From: Erysipelotrichaceae bacterium
GTDB lineage: Bacteria > Bacillota_I > Bacilli_A > Erysipelotrichales > Erysipelotrichaceae
Reading direction: 5' to 3'
Length of the DNA: 32,000 nt
Assembly: GCA_963676105.1 (NCBI GenBank)
Contig: OY781039.1
Location: 1,470,001 to 1,502,000 of the forward strand
A program made the translations under genes and the position numbers. The notes under the pieces are model-generated. The model did not search any database. It saw only the letters and a list, made by a program, of their open reading frames with translations, and was not told the DNA's origin. This document shows positions 16,575 to 25,422 of this stretch, in pieces (the stretch's first letter is position 1; each line of letters begins with the position of its first letter).

Positions 16575-18137
16575 CTATTTTATTAGCGATTCTTCCCAGT
16601 TAGGGTCTTTTTCAATTTCAAGTAAATCAGTTAATGTAGCTGCAATATTAGCTAGTCCATAATTCCCTTGTTTAAGTTCTACATCTTTACCCACGACATA
16701 GAATGGAACTGGTTTTAAAGTGTGAGATGTTTTAGGTTTAGGCGCAGCATTAGGATCTTTAGCCTTTTCATACATTTCATCTGCATTACCATGGTCCGCT
16801 GTAATTACGACGATCCCATCAACCTTTGCCGCGGCATCGAGTACTCGTTTGAGTTGCAAATCAACTGTTTCAACTGCGATAGTTGCGGCCGCAAAGTTTC
16901 CAGTATGACCAACCATATCTCCGTTAGGGTAATTACAACGTAAGAAATCATATTTCTTAGATTCTATTGCCTTGATTAATTCATCAGTGACTTCAGCAGC
17001 TTTCATCCAAGGACGTTGATCAAACGGTACAACATCAGATTTGATTTCTAAATAAGTTTCTAAACGATCATCAAATTTACCTGTTCTATTTCCATTCCAG
17101 AAATAAGTAACATGTCCATATTTTTGAGTTTCAGAAATTGCATATTCATTAATGTTTTCTGACACTAATTTTTCAGTTAATGTATGTTTGATTTTTGGAG
17201 GATTAACTAAGTAACGACTTGGGATTTGTAAATCCCCATCATATTGAAGCATTCCTGCATAAACCACTTTAGGGAAGTAAGTTCTTGAAATTGTATCAAG
17301 ATTTTCTTCCGTGAATGCACGTGATATTTCAATTGCTCTATCACCTCTAAAGTTGAAGAATACAACGGAATCCCCATCTACGATTTTACCAACCGCTTCA
17401 CCATCTTCAGCAATTACAAATGCTGGTAAGTTTTGATCGTCAATGTTTAGTTCTGAACGATACGTTTCGATTGCTTCTGTTGCGCTAGTAAACATACGGC
17501 CTTCACCCATAACATGAGTTGCCCAGCCACGTTCGATCATTGCCCAATCAGCATTGTATCGATCCATTGTGATAACCATACGACCGCCACCAGATGCAAT
17601 TTTTCCATTGAAGTTTCCATCATTTAATTCTGTAAATAATGATTCAATTTGATCAACATATTCTAAAGCACTTGTCGCAGGTACATCACGTCCATCTAAC
17701 AAGATATGTAGACGTACTTTTTTAATACCTTCACTCTTAGCTTGTTTAATCATCGCAATAACATGTGAAATGTTTGAGTGAACATTCCCATCTGATAATA
17801 AACCTAACATGTGTAAAGTTGATTTTTTAGCGTTACTTGAGATTTCTTTCCAAGCTTCACTTTGATAAATAGATCCATCTTGAATGGATTCATTAACAAG
17901 TTTTGCGCCTTGTGAGTAGATTTGTCCACATCCAATCGCATTATGTCCTACTTCACTATTACCCATATCATCATCTGATGGTAAACCAACAGCTGTTCCA
18001 TGAGCTTTTAATTCAGTGTAAGGACCAGTTTTTAATAAATCTAAAGTCGGTGTATATGCGTTTAATACAGCATTCCCATAGGCGCTGTCATTAACACCCA
18101 CACCATCCATAACTACAAATATTACAGGTCTTTTCAT
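16575..18137 (-). CDS. gpmI: 2,3-bisphosphoglycerate-independent phosphoglycerate mutase
   Basis: 520 aa with iPGM blocks VMDGVG, NSEVGHNAIGCGQ and ITADHGNA. SD AAGGAG is upstream. Confidence 0.95.
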   Translation of the reverse strand: MKRPVIFVVMDGVGVNDSAYGNAVLNAYTPTLDLLKTGPYTELKAHGTAVGLPSDDDMGNSEVGHNAIGCGQIYSQGAKLVNESIQDGSIYQSEAWKEISSNAKKSTLHMLGLLSDGNVHSNISHVIAMIKQAKSEGIKKVRLHILLDGRDVPATSALEYVDQIESLFTELNDGNFNGKIASGGGRMVITMDRYNADWAMIERGWATHVMGEGRMFTSATEAIETYRSELNIDDQNLPAFVIAEDGEAVGKIVDGDSVVFFNFRGDRAIEISRAFTEENLDTISRTYFPKVVYAGMLQYDGDLQIPSRYLVNPPKIKHTLTEKLVSENINEYAISETQKYGHVTYFWNGNRTGKFDDRLETYLEIKSDVVPFDQRPWMKAAEVTDELIKAIESKKYDFLRCNYPNGDMVGHTGNFAAATIAVETVDLQLKRVLDAAAKVDGIVVITADHGNADEMYEKAKDPNAAPKPKTSHTLKPVPFYVVGKDVELKQGNYGLANIAATLTDLLEIEKDPNWEESLIK

Positions 18138-18160
18138 ATTGTCTCCTTATTCGCGTTTCT

Positions 18161-18169
18161 ATTTTAACA
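18161..18169 (-). promoter_or_regulatory. Extended -10 promoter of gpmI
   Basis: Minus strand reads TGtTAAAAT, 24 nt upstream of the ATG and just downstream of the divIC terminator. Confidence 0.4.
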
Positions 18170-18195
18170 TTTAAGTTTAAAAATGTGTGATATAT

Positions 18196-18218
18196 GCAAA
18201 AAAAGCGATTACTCGCTT
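18196..18218 (-). terminator. Intrinsic terminator of the pth-mfd-yabO-divIC operon
   Basis: Minus strand reads AAGCGA-GTAA-TCGCTT followed by TTTTTTTGC. The divIC stop codon lies in the loop. Confidence 0.8.
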
Positions 18219-18511
18219 TCTTCAGGTAAATAGTAAATTTGTTCACCATCTTTGGTTAACATGTAGGTCGCACGGGCATAACTTTTAACATACTCAGGAT
18301 CTTCGAGTTTTCCTTTTTGTTCAGCTAACATTTGATTTTGTTCTTCTAGTAAGAGTAACTCTTCTTGAACGACTGTTAAGTTTTGACTGAGTTCAATGGT
18401 ATTTATTACTTCATCTACCACAGGTTTAAAGAGTGGAATAGATATCGCAATAAAGAGTAAGCTTACCCATACTTTTTGTTTTCTTGCTTTTTTAGTCTTC
18501 ATAGTACCCAT
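18209..18511 (-). CDS. divIC: Septum formation initiator family protein (DivIC/FtsB-like)
   Basis: 100 aa with a basic N-terminus, one TM segment (VWVSLLFIAISIPLF) and a coiled-coil (LEEQNQMLAEQKGKLEDPEYV). It follows yabO as in Bacillus. The true start could be the second ATG at 18502. Confidence 0.7.
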   Translation of the reverse strand: MGTMKTKKARKQKVWVSLLFIAISIPLFKPVVDEVINTIELSQNLTVVQEELLLLEEQNQMLAEQKGKLEDPEYVKSYARATYMLTKDGEQIYYLPEESE

Positions 18512-18529
18512 ATTATAACTTAGAATGGA

Positions 18530-18793
18530 CTAAGCTTTCTCAATTCTTTCTTCAGATATCACTTCATAACAAATTTTCTTAGAAGCTTGTTGAATATTAT
18601 CTGCTAAATCTAAGACACGCACTTTTAAATGACGATGTCCAAAAATAATATCTATTTCATCGCCAATTTTGACATCAGATGAAGCTTTGGCAGCTTTACC
18701 ATTTAAGAGTAAACGATCTTGAAGAGCTAACTCTTTTGATATCGGTCTTTTCTTAACGATTCTTGTGACTTTTAAATATTGATCTATACGCAT
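18530..18793 (-). CDS. rqcP: S4-domain RNA-binding protein, YabO/RqcP (Hsp15-like)
   Basis: 87 aa starting MRIDQYLKVTRIVKKR (S4 motif). It lies immediately downstream of mfd, and its SD AAAGGAG overlaps the mfd stop. Confidence 0.8.
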   Translation of the reverse strand: MRIDQYLKVTRIVKKRPISKELALQDRLLLNGKAAKASSDVKIGDEIDIIFGHRHLKVRVLDLADNIQQASKKICYEVISEERIEKA

Positions 18794-18796
18794 AAT

Positions 18797-21700
18797 TTAC
18801 GCTCCTTTTAGTGGAATGTTTTGTATATCTTCTAATACTCGATTTGAGAGGTTTAACCATTCATCATCTTTAGGAATAGTTAAGATAATACTTTGATTCG
18901 CATATTTTAATTGAATGGTATTTGATAGCTTTGACACCGTTTCAAAAACTTTCATACCATCGATATTATTCGACCATCCTTCACTAAAAGTGATTTGAAC
19001 TTGATGTTTGTACTCTTTAAATTGTTTAACTGTCTCGTTATTTAAAAGTAGTTCCCACCGTTTCTTTTCGAATAAAAGTTTGACTGATTTTGGTAATTTA
19101 CCATATAAGTCATTCGTCTCTTCTAATAATAAATCTAAATCTGAAGCTGATGTGATCGCATCTATACGCTGATATAAACTTAATTTTTCAAAATCATTGG
19201 TTTCAAATTGTTGTGGAATATATCCATCGATTGCTAAAGCTTGTTTAATTTCAGGTTCTTTTTCTTCATAAACAACGCCTGTTCGTTTTTCTTCAATAGC
19301 CTGTTGAAGCATCTCAATATACATATCAATCCCAACAGTATCGATAAAACCAGACTGATTATCTCCTAACATTTCACCAGCTCCACGAATGGTTAAATCA
19401 CGCATTGCGATTTTATAACCAGATCCTAGTTCAGTGAATTCTTTTATTGATTGGAGACGTTTTTGAGCAATCTCAGTCAATTGTTTTTTAGGATTATACA
19501 TTAAATAGGCATAAGCTAAACGATCACTACGTCCTACCCGTCCTTTAATTTGATAGAGCTGTGATAAACCAAAAGTATCAGCACGATCGATTATCATGGT
19601 ATTCGCATTAGGAATATCAATACCTGTTTCAACAATCGTCGTACAAACCAAAACATTGATTTCGTTCGCATTAAATTGAAGCATAACGTCTTCAATATCA
19701 TCACGATGCATTTGACCATGGGCAATACCTACTTTCGCATGAGGTAAAGCATTTTGAAGTTTCATCGCAATACTATGGATATCAGCTACATTGTTATAGA
19801 GATAAAAGACTTGTCCGTTTCGTGACAATTCACGCTCTATGACATCCTTCACAATATTGTCGTTCTTTTGAATAACATAGGTTAATACAGGTAATCGATT
19901 AAGTGGTGGACTTTCAAGTTGTGATAACTGACGTACACCAACTAATGACATCTGAAGCGTACGAGGAATTGGAGTGGCACTTAAAGACAAGACATGGACA
20001 GATTGTCGTACTTCTTTGATTTTTTCTTTATGTTCAACACCAAAACGTTGTTCCTCATCAATAATAAGTAGGGCTAAATCTTTAAAGCTAACATCTTTAG
20101 ATAAAATACGATGCGTTCCAATTAATACATCAATTCGTCCTTCTGCCACTTCCTTTAAGATTTGTTTAGCATGTGAATCAGGCACAAAGCGATTGAGTAC
20201 CGCAATATTTACTGGATAATTTTCAAAACGATGGGTAAAGGTACGATAATGTTGTTGAGATAAAACAGTGGTAGGACATAAGAAAGCCACTTGTTTATGC
20301 TCACTGATGGCTTTAAAGGCAGCACGAATCGCAACTTCAGTTTTTCCAAACCCAACATCTCCACACAAAAGTCTATCCATTGGTTTCTTACTTTGCATAT
20401 CAGCTTTAATTTCACCAATCGCAGTCGCTTGATCATGGGTAAGTTCAAATTCAAATTCTGATTCAAATTCTTTTTGTAGAGGGTTATCTTCAGAGAATTG
20501 GTAAGCAATATCTTGTTCACGTACACTGTATAAATTAATTAGTCGATCTGCGATATCGCGTACATTATTCTTAATCTTTTCTTTAGTTTTCTTCCACTCA
20601 TTCGTCCCAAGTCGATTGAGTTTTGGGACTACTCCATCACGAGAGACAAATTTACGAACGAGTTGGAATTGTTCTAATGGAACATATAGATTTGAATTAT
20701 CACGATACACAATGTGTAAGAAATCACGGTGTATCCCTTCTAGATTCTTAGTGATTGTTCCTATATATTGTCCAACACCATATTGATGATGAACCACATA
20801 ATCACCAGTCTGTAATTCTGAATGAGTATGTAATGTCTCGGCTTCTTTAAACTTACTTTGGTATTTACCGACATGTACTTTGTGTTTAAAGAGTTCTTTT
20901 GACGAGTAAACAATGACATTCGCATCTATGAACTCAAATCCTTCATCTAAATCTTGATGAAGAATTAAGACTTGGTCCATATCTTCCTTGTAACGCATGC
21001 TGTAAGGCACTTTAAGATCAACCAACATTGGGATTAATAACTTAATTTCATTCTCTTTTAAACAACAAATGACCCGTTTATTTTCACTTTGTTTTTTAAT
21101 ATCCTTCGCATGTTGAAGTAGTGATGCATCAGGGATATCGAGTTCTCTAAACGGTAGTTTTGCGTGTGCACTTTTTGATTCAAAACGTCTAAAATCAAAA
21201 CGTTTAACACCTGCTAAAAACTCAGTTAATCGCATCAAAACTGAAAACTGTGGCAAAGCTTTACTGTTTTGATTTAATTCAACTAAGTAATCTAAACTTT
21301 CTTCATTTAAACGTTTTTCATGTTCTTCTAAATCTTCAGTTGTTGAAAGATAAACACTAGGATTTCTAATATAGTCCACTAAACGATAAGGTTTAGCTAG
21401 TAATGCGCGATAACGGTATAAATGATTTTCTTTAATGCCTTTACGAATGAGTTCTAAATCTTGTTCTAGATTTTCTTCAAGTTCTAAGATGTACTCTTCA
21501 CTCTTATGTTTACGTTCTTGTTCAAGTAGTGAATGAGCCTTTAATTCGATTTCATTGATTTCTTCATCACTAAAAAGTAAATCACTACACGGTTGTATTT
21601 GAATAGAATCAATAGCTTCTATTGTTCTTTGTGTCGATAAGTCAAAAACACGTATCGATTCTATTTCGTCATCAAAAAACTCAATACGTATTGGATCATT

Positions 21701-22243
21701 ACTGTTAATCGGAAAGACATCGATAACACCACCACGAGCCGCATAGGTGTTAGGTACATCAACTCTTGAAGTAATTTGATAGCCTAATTTTCTTAGTTTT
21801 TCTTTGAGTTCTTTTAAATCAATTCTTTGATTCGTTTTTAAATCAAGTTTGTTCTCAATAAAATACTGAGGACTAGGTGTATAACGCAAAATTGCACCTA
21901 AGTGTGTGACACAAATCAAATTGTCTTCATTATTTAAACGAGATAATGAATCCATCTTAATAACAGACATTTCAGGAGAAGCCGCAATCGATTCAACGCG
22001 TAATGATTCTTCAACTGGATACAAAACTGATTCATCTTCTAACCAAAACTGTATCTTTTCAAACAACTGTTGGGCTTGATATAAGTTAGCCTTCACAATC
22101 ATCATTGATCTTGGGTTATTTTTATAAGAAGCCGCTATCAATAAAGCCTCTTGTGTTAATGAGAGATGTGAAAAAGAGACTTTCCCTAATGAAAAGTCTT
22201 TGATTGTTTGATGCTCGCTAATTAAATGGATAATCTGTTTCAT
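18797..22243 (-). CDS. mfd: Transcription-repair coupling factor
   Basis: 1148 aa. It has a CarD-like RNAP-interacting segment YVVHHQYGVGQY, helicase motif I GDVGFGKTEVA, motif II DEEQRFGV and a translocase C-terminal half. Confidence 0.97.
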   Translation of the reverse strand: MKQIIHLISEHQTIKDFSLGKVSFSHLSLTQEALLIAASYKNNPRSMMIVKANLYQAQQLFEKIQFWLEDESVLYPVEESLRVESIAASPEMSVIKMDSLSRLNNEDNLICVTHLGAILRYTPSPQYFIENKLDLKTNQRIDLKELKEKLRKLGYQITSRVDVPNTYAARGGVIDVFPINSNDPIRIEFFDDEIESIRVFDLSTQRTIEAIDSIQIQPCSDLLFSDEEINEIELKAHSLLEQERKHKSEEYILELEENLEQDLELIRKGIKENHLYRYRALLAKPYRLVDYIRNPSVYLSTTEDLEEHEKRLNEESLDYLVELNQNSKALPQFSVLMRLTEFLAGVKRFDFRRFESKSAHAKLPFRELDIPDASLLQHAKDIKKQSENKRVICCLKENEIKLLIPMLVDLKVPYSMRYKEDMDQVLILHQDLDEGFEFIDANVIVYSSKELFKHKVHVGKYQSKFKEAETLHTHSELQTGDYVVHHQYGVGQYIGTITKNLEGIHRDFLHIVYRDNSNLYVPLEQFQLVRKFVSRDGVVPKLNRLGTNEWKKTKEKIKNNVRDIADRLINLYSVREQDIAYQFSEDNPLQKEFESEFEFELTHDQATAIGEIKADMQSKKPMDRLLCGDVGFGKTEVAIRAAFKAISEHKQVAFLCPTTVLSQQHYRTFTHRFENYPVNIAVLNRFVPDSHAKQILKEVAEGRIDVLIGTHRILSKDVSFKDLALLIIDEEQRFGVEHKEKIKEVRQSVHVLSLSATPIPRTLQMSLVGVRQLSQLESPPLNRLPVLTYVIQKNDNIVKDVIERELSRNGQVFYLYNNVADIHSIAMKLQNALPHAKVGIAHGQMHRDDIEDVMLQFNANEINVLVCTTIVETGIDIPNANTMIIDRADTFGLSQLYQIKGRVGRSDRLAYAYLMYNPKKQLTEIAQKRLQSIKEFTELGSGYKIAMRDLTIRGAGEMLGDNQSGFIDTVGIDMYIEMLQQAIEEKRTGVVYEEKEPEIKQALAIDGYIPQQFETNDFEKLSLYQRIDAITSASDLDLLLEETNDLYGKLPKSVKLLFEKKRWELLLNNETVKQFKEYKHQVQITFSEGWSNNIDGMKVFETVSKLSNTIQLKYANQSIILTIPKDDEWLNLSNRVLEDIQNIPLKGA

Positions 22244-22800
22244 TCGTTTGTATTATATCGTGTCATGACATCAACATAGTTTATCTTCACAAAATCTAAA
22301 CAAGCATTTTGTGCACGTTCTAAACTTTTGCTTAATATCTCTTTTTCCTCTTTAGAAAAGGACCCTAAAACATGTTTAATAACTTGTTCTTTATCTAGGT
22401 TACCAATCCCAATTCTCATACGCTTAAAAATTTGATGATTAAGATGAGAAATAATAGATTTCATTCCATTATGACCCCCTGATCCACCTTTTTCTCGTAA
22501 ACGTAATTTACCAATCGGTAAATCTAAGTCATCATAAATAATAATGATATCTTGATGATCAATTTGAAAGAAGTCTGTAATCATGCGCACTGCTTCACCA
22601 CTATTATTCATATAAGTTTGTGGTTTCACTAGTATAAGTGTTTCGCCATTATAAATCCCTTTAGCGATTTCCGCATTAAACTTCTTCTTAAAGCTGAAGT
22701 TCAATTCTTTAGCCACTAAATCAATGACCATAAACCCGACATTATGCCGGGTCTTTTCATATTCTTTACCTGGGTTTCCCAGACCTACTATGCATTTCAT
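22240..22800 (-). CDS. pth: Peptidyl-tRNA hydrolase
   Basis: 186 aa starting MKCIVGLGNPGKEYEKTRHNVGF. A 4-nt overlap joins it to mfd. Confidence 0.96.
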   Translation of the reverse strand: MKCIVGLGNPGKEYEKTRHNVGFMVIDLVAKELNFSFKKKFNAEIAKGIYNGETLILVKPQTYMNNSGEAVRMITDFFQIDHQDIIIIYDDLDLPIGKLRLREKGGSGGHNGMKSIISHLNHQIFKRMRIGIGNLDKEQVIKHVLGSFSKEEKEILSKSLERAQNACLDFVKINYVDVMTRYNTNE

Positions 22801-22806
22801 ATGTTT

Positions 22807-22815
22807 ATTATAACA
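22807..22815 (-). promoter_or_regulatory. Extended -10 promoter abutting the pth start (leaderless geometry)
   Basis: Minus strand reads TGtTATAAT-AAACAT-ATG. There are 6 nt between the -10 and the A of the ATG, and no SD. Confidence 0.5.
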
Positions 22816-22818
22816 GTA

Positions 22819-22844
22819 AATAAAAAGCTTAGAAAACTCTAAGC
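22819..22844 (-). terminator. Intrinsic terminator of the rnpA-yidC-jag operon
   Basis: Minus strand reads GCTTAGA-GTTT-TCTAAGC followed by TTTTTATTT. The jag stop codon lies inside the stem. Confidence 0.8.
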
Positions 22845-23453
22845 CTTATCTTCATCATAAATGATTTTTAAACGACGATCGCGTCCTTCTCCAACACTTT
22901 CAGTACGAACGTTTTTCATTTCACCAATAAATTGATGAATCACTTTACGTTCATCATTAGGTAGCGGATCTAGTGTCGCATCTACTTTTGTGCGTTGAAC
23001 CGTTTTCGCAATACGTCTTGCCATCGCGATAACTTTATCGTAGCGATCAACTTTGTAATTGTTAATATCAACTAATACATTGATATGTTTTTTAAAGTGA
23101 GCACTCACCGCAGATCTAACAACTGTATTAATCGCTTGTAATGTTTGACCATTTTTACCGATTAATATCGCGTTGTTCTCTGCATTAAGCATAACTTTTA
23201 AACCACTGTTGTCTTGTCCAACCGTTACTTCAACTTCAGTATCAATATTTGAGAAGTAATCATTTAGATAGGCATAAATGAAATCTAAGATATCACTTGG
23301 TCCATAAATTACAGCTGATACTGAATTTCCAAATCCTAAGAAGCCAGATTTTTCCTCTTTACTTAACACCACTAAATTCTCAAGAGCTGTCTTCTTATCT
23401 TCAGATGCAAGTTGTAAGCACTCGTCGAGTGTCTTACCTACATATGTCTTCAT
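22839..23453 (-). CDS. khpB: Jag/KhpB RNA-binding protein (Jag-N, KH and R3H domains)
   Basis: 204 aa. The C-terminal R3H region is LDPLPNDERKVIHQF, and a KH-like GKNGQTLQAINTV is present. A 1-nt overlap (TAATG) joins it to yidC, in the conserved yidC-jag pairing. Confidence 0.88.
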   Translation of the reverse strand: MKTYVGKTLDECLQLASEDKKTALENLVVLSKEEKSGFLGFGNSVSAVIYGPSDILDFIYAYLNDYFSNIDTEVEVTVGQDNSGLKVMLNAENNAILIGKNGQTLQAINTVVRSAVSAHFKKHINVLVDINNYKVDRYDKVIAMARRIAKTVQRTKVDATLDPLPNDERKVIHQFIGEMKNVRTESVGEGRDRRLKIIYDEDKA

Positions 23454-24334
23454 TATTTACCTTGTTGTTCAGGTAAGATGTAGTGGTGTTGAATGAATAA
23501 TGTTTGACCAGCTTGCGCAATAGATGTCACTAACCAATACAGAGACATCGCTGTTGGCCATCCAATCGCTAAGAACATAATGAATCCAATGGATGAGTAC
23601 ATCATGATTTCCATGTTAGGACCAGATTTTTTGCCTTCTGCATATTTTTTCTCTTTAACAGGATTGTTTTTCTTTTGAAGCCACATTGGTAAACGCATGG
23701 ATACAAATTGCATTCCACCCATTAATAAGTAGATAGCCATAAAGAACCAAACACCTTCACCAAAAGCTGCCCAAGGTGATAAGGATAAGCTTGCGCCAAA
23801 TACTTCACCGTTATAAACAGCTGCAGATCTTTGAACCGCTTGATACATCGCAATGATGACAGGAAATTGAATAAACATAACACCCATCGCTCCAAATGGA
23901 TTGATATTGTGTTTTGAATATAAGGCTTGCATTTCTTGACTCATCTTCATTTTAGATTGATTGTCTGTTTTGCCTTCATATTTAGCTTGAATACGTTTTA
24001 ATTCAGGATTAATCATTTGCATTTTTTGTGAAGCAACTGTTGATTTAATTGTTCCACCTAATGTTAATAATTTAATTGCGATAGTAACGATTGTAATCGC
24101 TAAAAATACACCTACATATTGATTTAACCAGTTAATTGATTGAGCTAATGGATAGATCAATAAAGCTGTAAACCAACTTTCATTCTCAAAAATGACAGAA
24201 AATGTTGTGTCTAGTGAAATAACTTTATCAGCATAAACACGTCTTGTTTCAGGATCAATAACATTGGTACATGCGGTTAATACAAACAACAGTCCAACAA
24301 TTAGTAATACCTTCTTGTTTAATAACTTTTTCAT
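23453..24334 (-). CDS. yidC: Membrane protein insertase YidC (Oxa1 family, lipoprotein type)
   Basis: 293 aa with signal peptide and lipobox LTAC, 5 TM segments and a conserved NPxxG-type segment (INPFGAMG). SD AAGGAG is upstream. Confidence 0.92.
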   Translation of the reverse strand: MKKLLNKKVLLIVGLLFVLTACTNVIDPETRRVYADKVISLDTTFSVIFENESWFTALLIYPLAQSINWLNQYVGVFLAITIVTIAIKLLTLGGTIKSTVASQKMQMINPELKRIQAKYEGKTDNQSKMKMSQEMQALYSKHNINPFGAMGVMFIQFPVIIAMYQAVQRSAAVYNGEVFGASLSLSPWAAFGEGVWFFMAIYLLMGGMQFVSMRLPMWLQKKNNPVKEKKYAEGKKSGPNMEIMMYSSIGFIMFLAIGWPTAMSLYWLVTSIAQAGQTLFIQHHYILPEQQGK

Positions 24335-24375
24335 TCACATCTCCTTAAGGACGGATATTAACGATTTAAAATCGT

Positions 24376-24714
24376 TTATTGCATCTTTATTCTAACTTTA
24401 TTCAAAGTGTTTTCCAAATCTTTTTTATTACTTTGATAGTCTTGTTTTAAATAGCCTGCTCGTACCATAACTATCAAGTCAAACACTTCATCTTCGACAA
24501 GTTCTCGAATCATCATTCGAACCTGTCTTTTTATCTTATTTCTTACAACAGCTTTACCTAGTTTTTTTCCAACTGAAATACCAAAGCGAGCGTGATCAGT
24601 TTTGCGTTTATCATAGTAAAGCGCGAAAGATCCTACACTAACATACTTACGATTATTGAGGAGTCTTTGAAATTCCTCATTCTTTGTAATACGTGACGCT
24701 TTTTTTAAACCCAT
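24376..24714 (-). CDS. rnpA: Ribonuclease P protein component
   Basis: Start is placed at ATG 24714 (MGLKKASRITKNEEFQ, colinear with Bacillus RnpA). RNR motif KAVVRNKIKRQVR. The track start at 24735 is a GTG inside the upstream terminator hairpin. Confidence 0.9.
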   Translation of the reverse strand: MGLKKASRITKNEEFQRLLNNRKYVSVGSFALYYDKRKTDHARFGISVGKKLGKAVVRNKIKRQVRMMIRELVEDEVFDLIVMVRAGYLKQDYQSNKKDLENTLNKVRIKMQ

Positions 24715-24722
24715 AGTAATTA

Positions 24723-24746
24723 AGAAAAAAGTCACCCTAAGGTGAC
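24723..24746 (-). terminator. Intrinsic terminator/attenuator between rpmH and rnpA
   Basis: Minus strand reads GTCACC-TTAG-GGTGAC followed by TTTTTTCTTA. It starts 1 nt after the rpmH stop and ends 8 nt before the rnpA ATG. Confidence 0.7.
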
Positions 24747-24747
24747 T

Positions 24748-24882
24748 TTACGCCGACAAAACCTCTCTGCCTTTGGCACGACGACGGGCTAAAACTTTAC
24801 GACCGCCTACCGTTTTCATTCGGGCTCTGAAACCATGGACCTTTTGGTGTTTTCTTTTGCTCGGTTGATACGTTCTCTTCAT
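24748..24882 (-). CDS. rpmH: 50S ribosomal protein L34 (absent from the supplied ORF track)
   Basis: Manual translation of the minus strand gives [44 protein letters not shown] followed by a stop (44 aa). SD GGAGGTG is upstream. Confidence 0.97.
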   Translation of the reverse strand: MKRTYQPSKRKHQKVHGFRARMKTVGGRKVLARRRAKGREVLSA

Positions 24883-24929
24883 AAGAGCCACCTCCAGTTC
24901 TATCTTTATATATTGAGCAATGCTACTTG

Positions 24930-24958
24930 ATTATAACGATATGAATTGTATAAGTCAA
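24930..24958 (-). promoter_or_regulatory. Near-consensus sigma-A promoter of rpmH
   Basis: Minus strand has TTGACT (24958..24953), a 17-nt spacer, then TATAAT (24935..24930). Confidence 0.7.
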
Positions 24959-24971
24959 TAAAAGCTTTGTT

Positions 24972-25360
24972 TTATCCTTATATATTATATTTTATCCACT
25001 AAAACAATAAATTTTCACTTATCCCCAACAAACTATGCGTTATAATGGATTTCCACAGAATTTGTTGTGGATAACTCACATTTATATACACAATAATTAC
25101 AATAACTTTATTAACATTATGTTGAATTGTGGAAAAGTGATAAAAACCCTTATTTAAAGCCATTATTTTACAAACAAATGTTGTTGAGAACGCTTTATAA
25201 AAACATTATTTATCCACATATAATTAATATTGTGAATTGTGAATAAGTTTTACACTATTCACAGTCTATAAAAAGTTGTGGATAACTGTGGATAACTTGT
25301 TTATAACCTTATACTTAGGGTTTATTTAAAAAGATGTTTTGTGAATAAGTATGTGGATTC
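24972..25360. other. oriC: oriC upstream module: DnaA-box cluster between rpmH and dnaA
   Basis: Four perfect TTATCCACA boxes lie at 25066-25074 (-), 25210-25218 (+), 25277-25285 (-) and 25287-25295 (-). One-mismatch boxes lie at 24992-25000, 25019-25027, 25128-25136, 25238-25246 and 25340-25348. Weaker two-mismatch sites lie at 24972, 25049, 25255 and 25352. Confidence 0.9.
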
Positions 25361-25422
25361 AAAATTTACTATGGAATGTAAGGATTTTCATGGTTAAAAT
25401 TATAAACACTAGAAGGAAGAGT

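Noticed and set aside
20444-20470. Short tandem hexamer-like repeat ttcaaattcaaattctgattcaaattc.
   Set aside because: It lies inside mfd and simply encodes an acidic/aromatic linker (EFESEFEFEL). It is too short and imperfect to call a functional DNA repeat.
20209-20526. 105-aa same-strand, alternative-frame ORF inside mfd with repetitive NLNQNLNLNL sequence.
   Set aside because: It overlaps the mfd helicase motif I region. The repetitiveness derives from the short TTCAAA-type repeat that encodes EFESEFEFEL in the mfd frame. There is no SD or independent signal.
24360-24376. Palindrome AACGATT-TTA-AATCGTT at the rnpA stop, considered as a terminator between rnpA and yidC.
   Set aside because: No U tract follows on the minus strand (the next bases are AATATCCGTCC) and the stem is AT-rich. 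At most it is a minor RNA structure, and rnpA-yidC-jag is treated as one operon.
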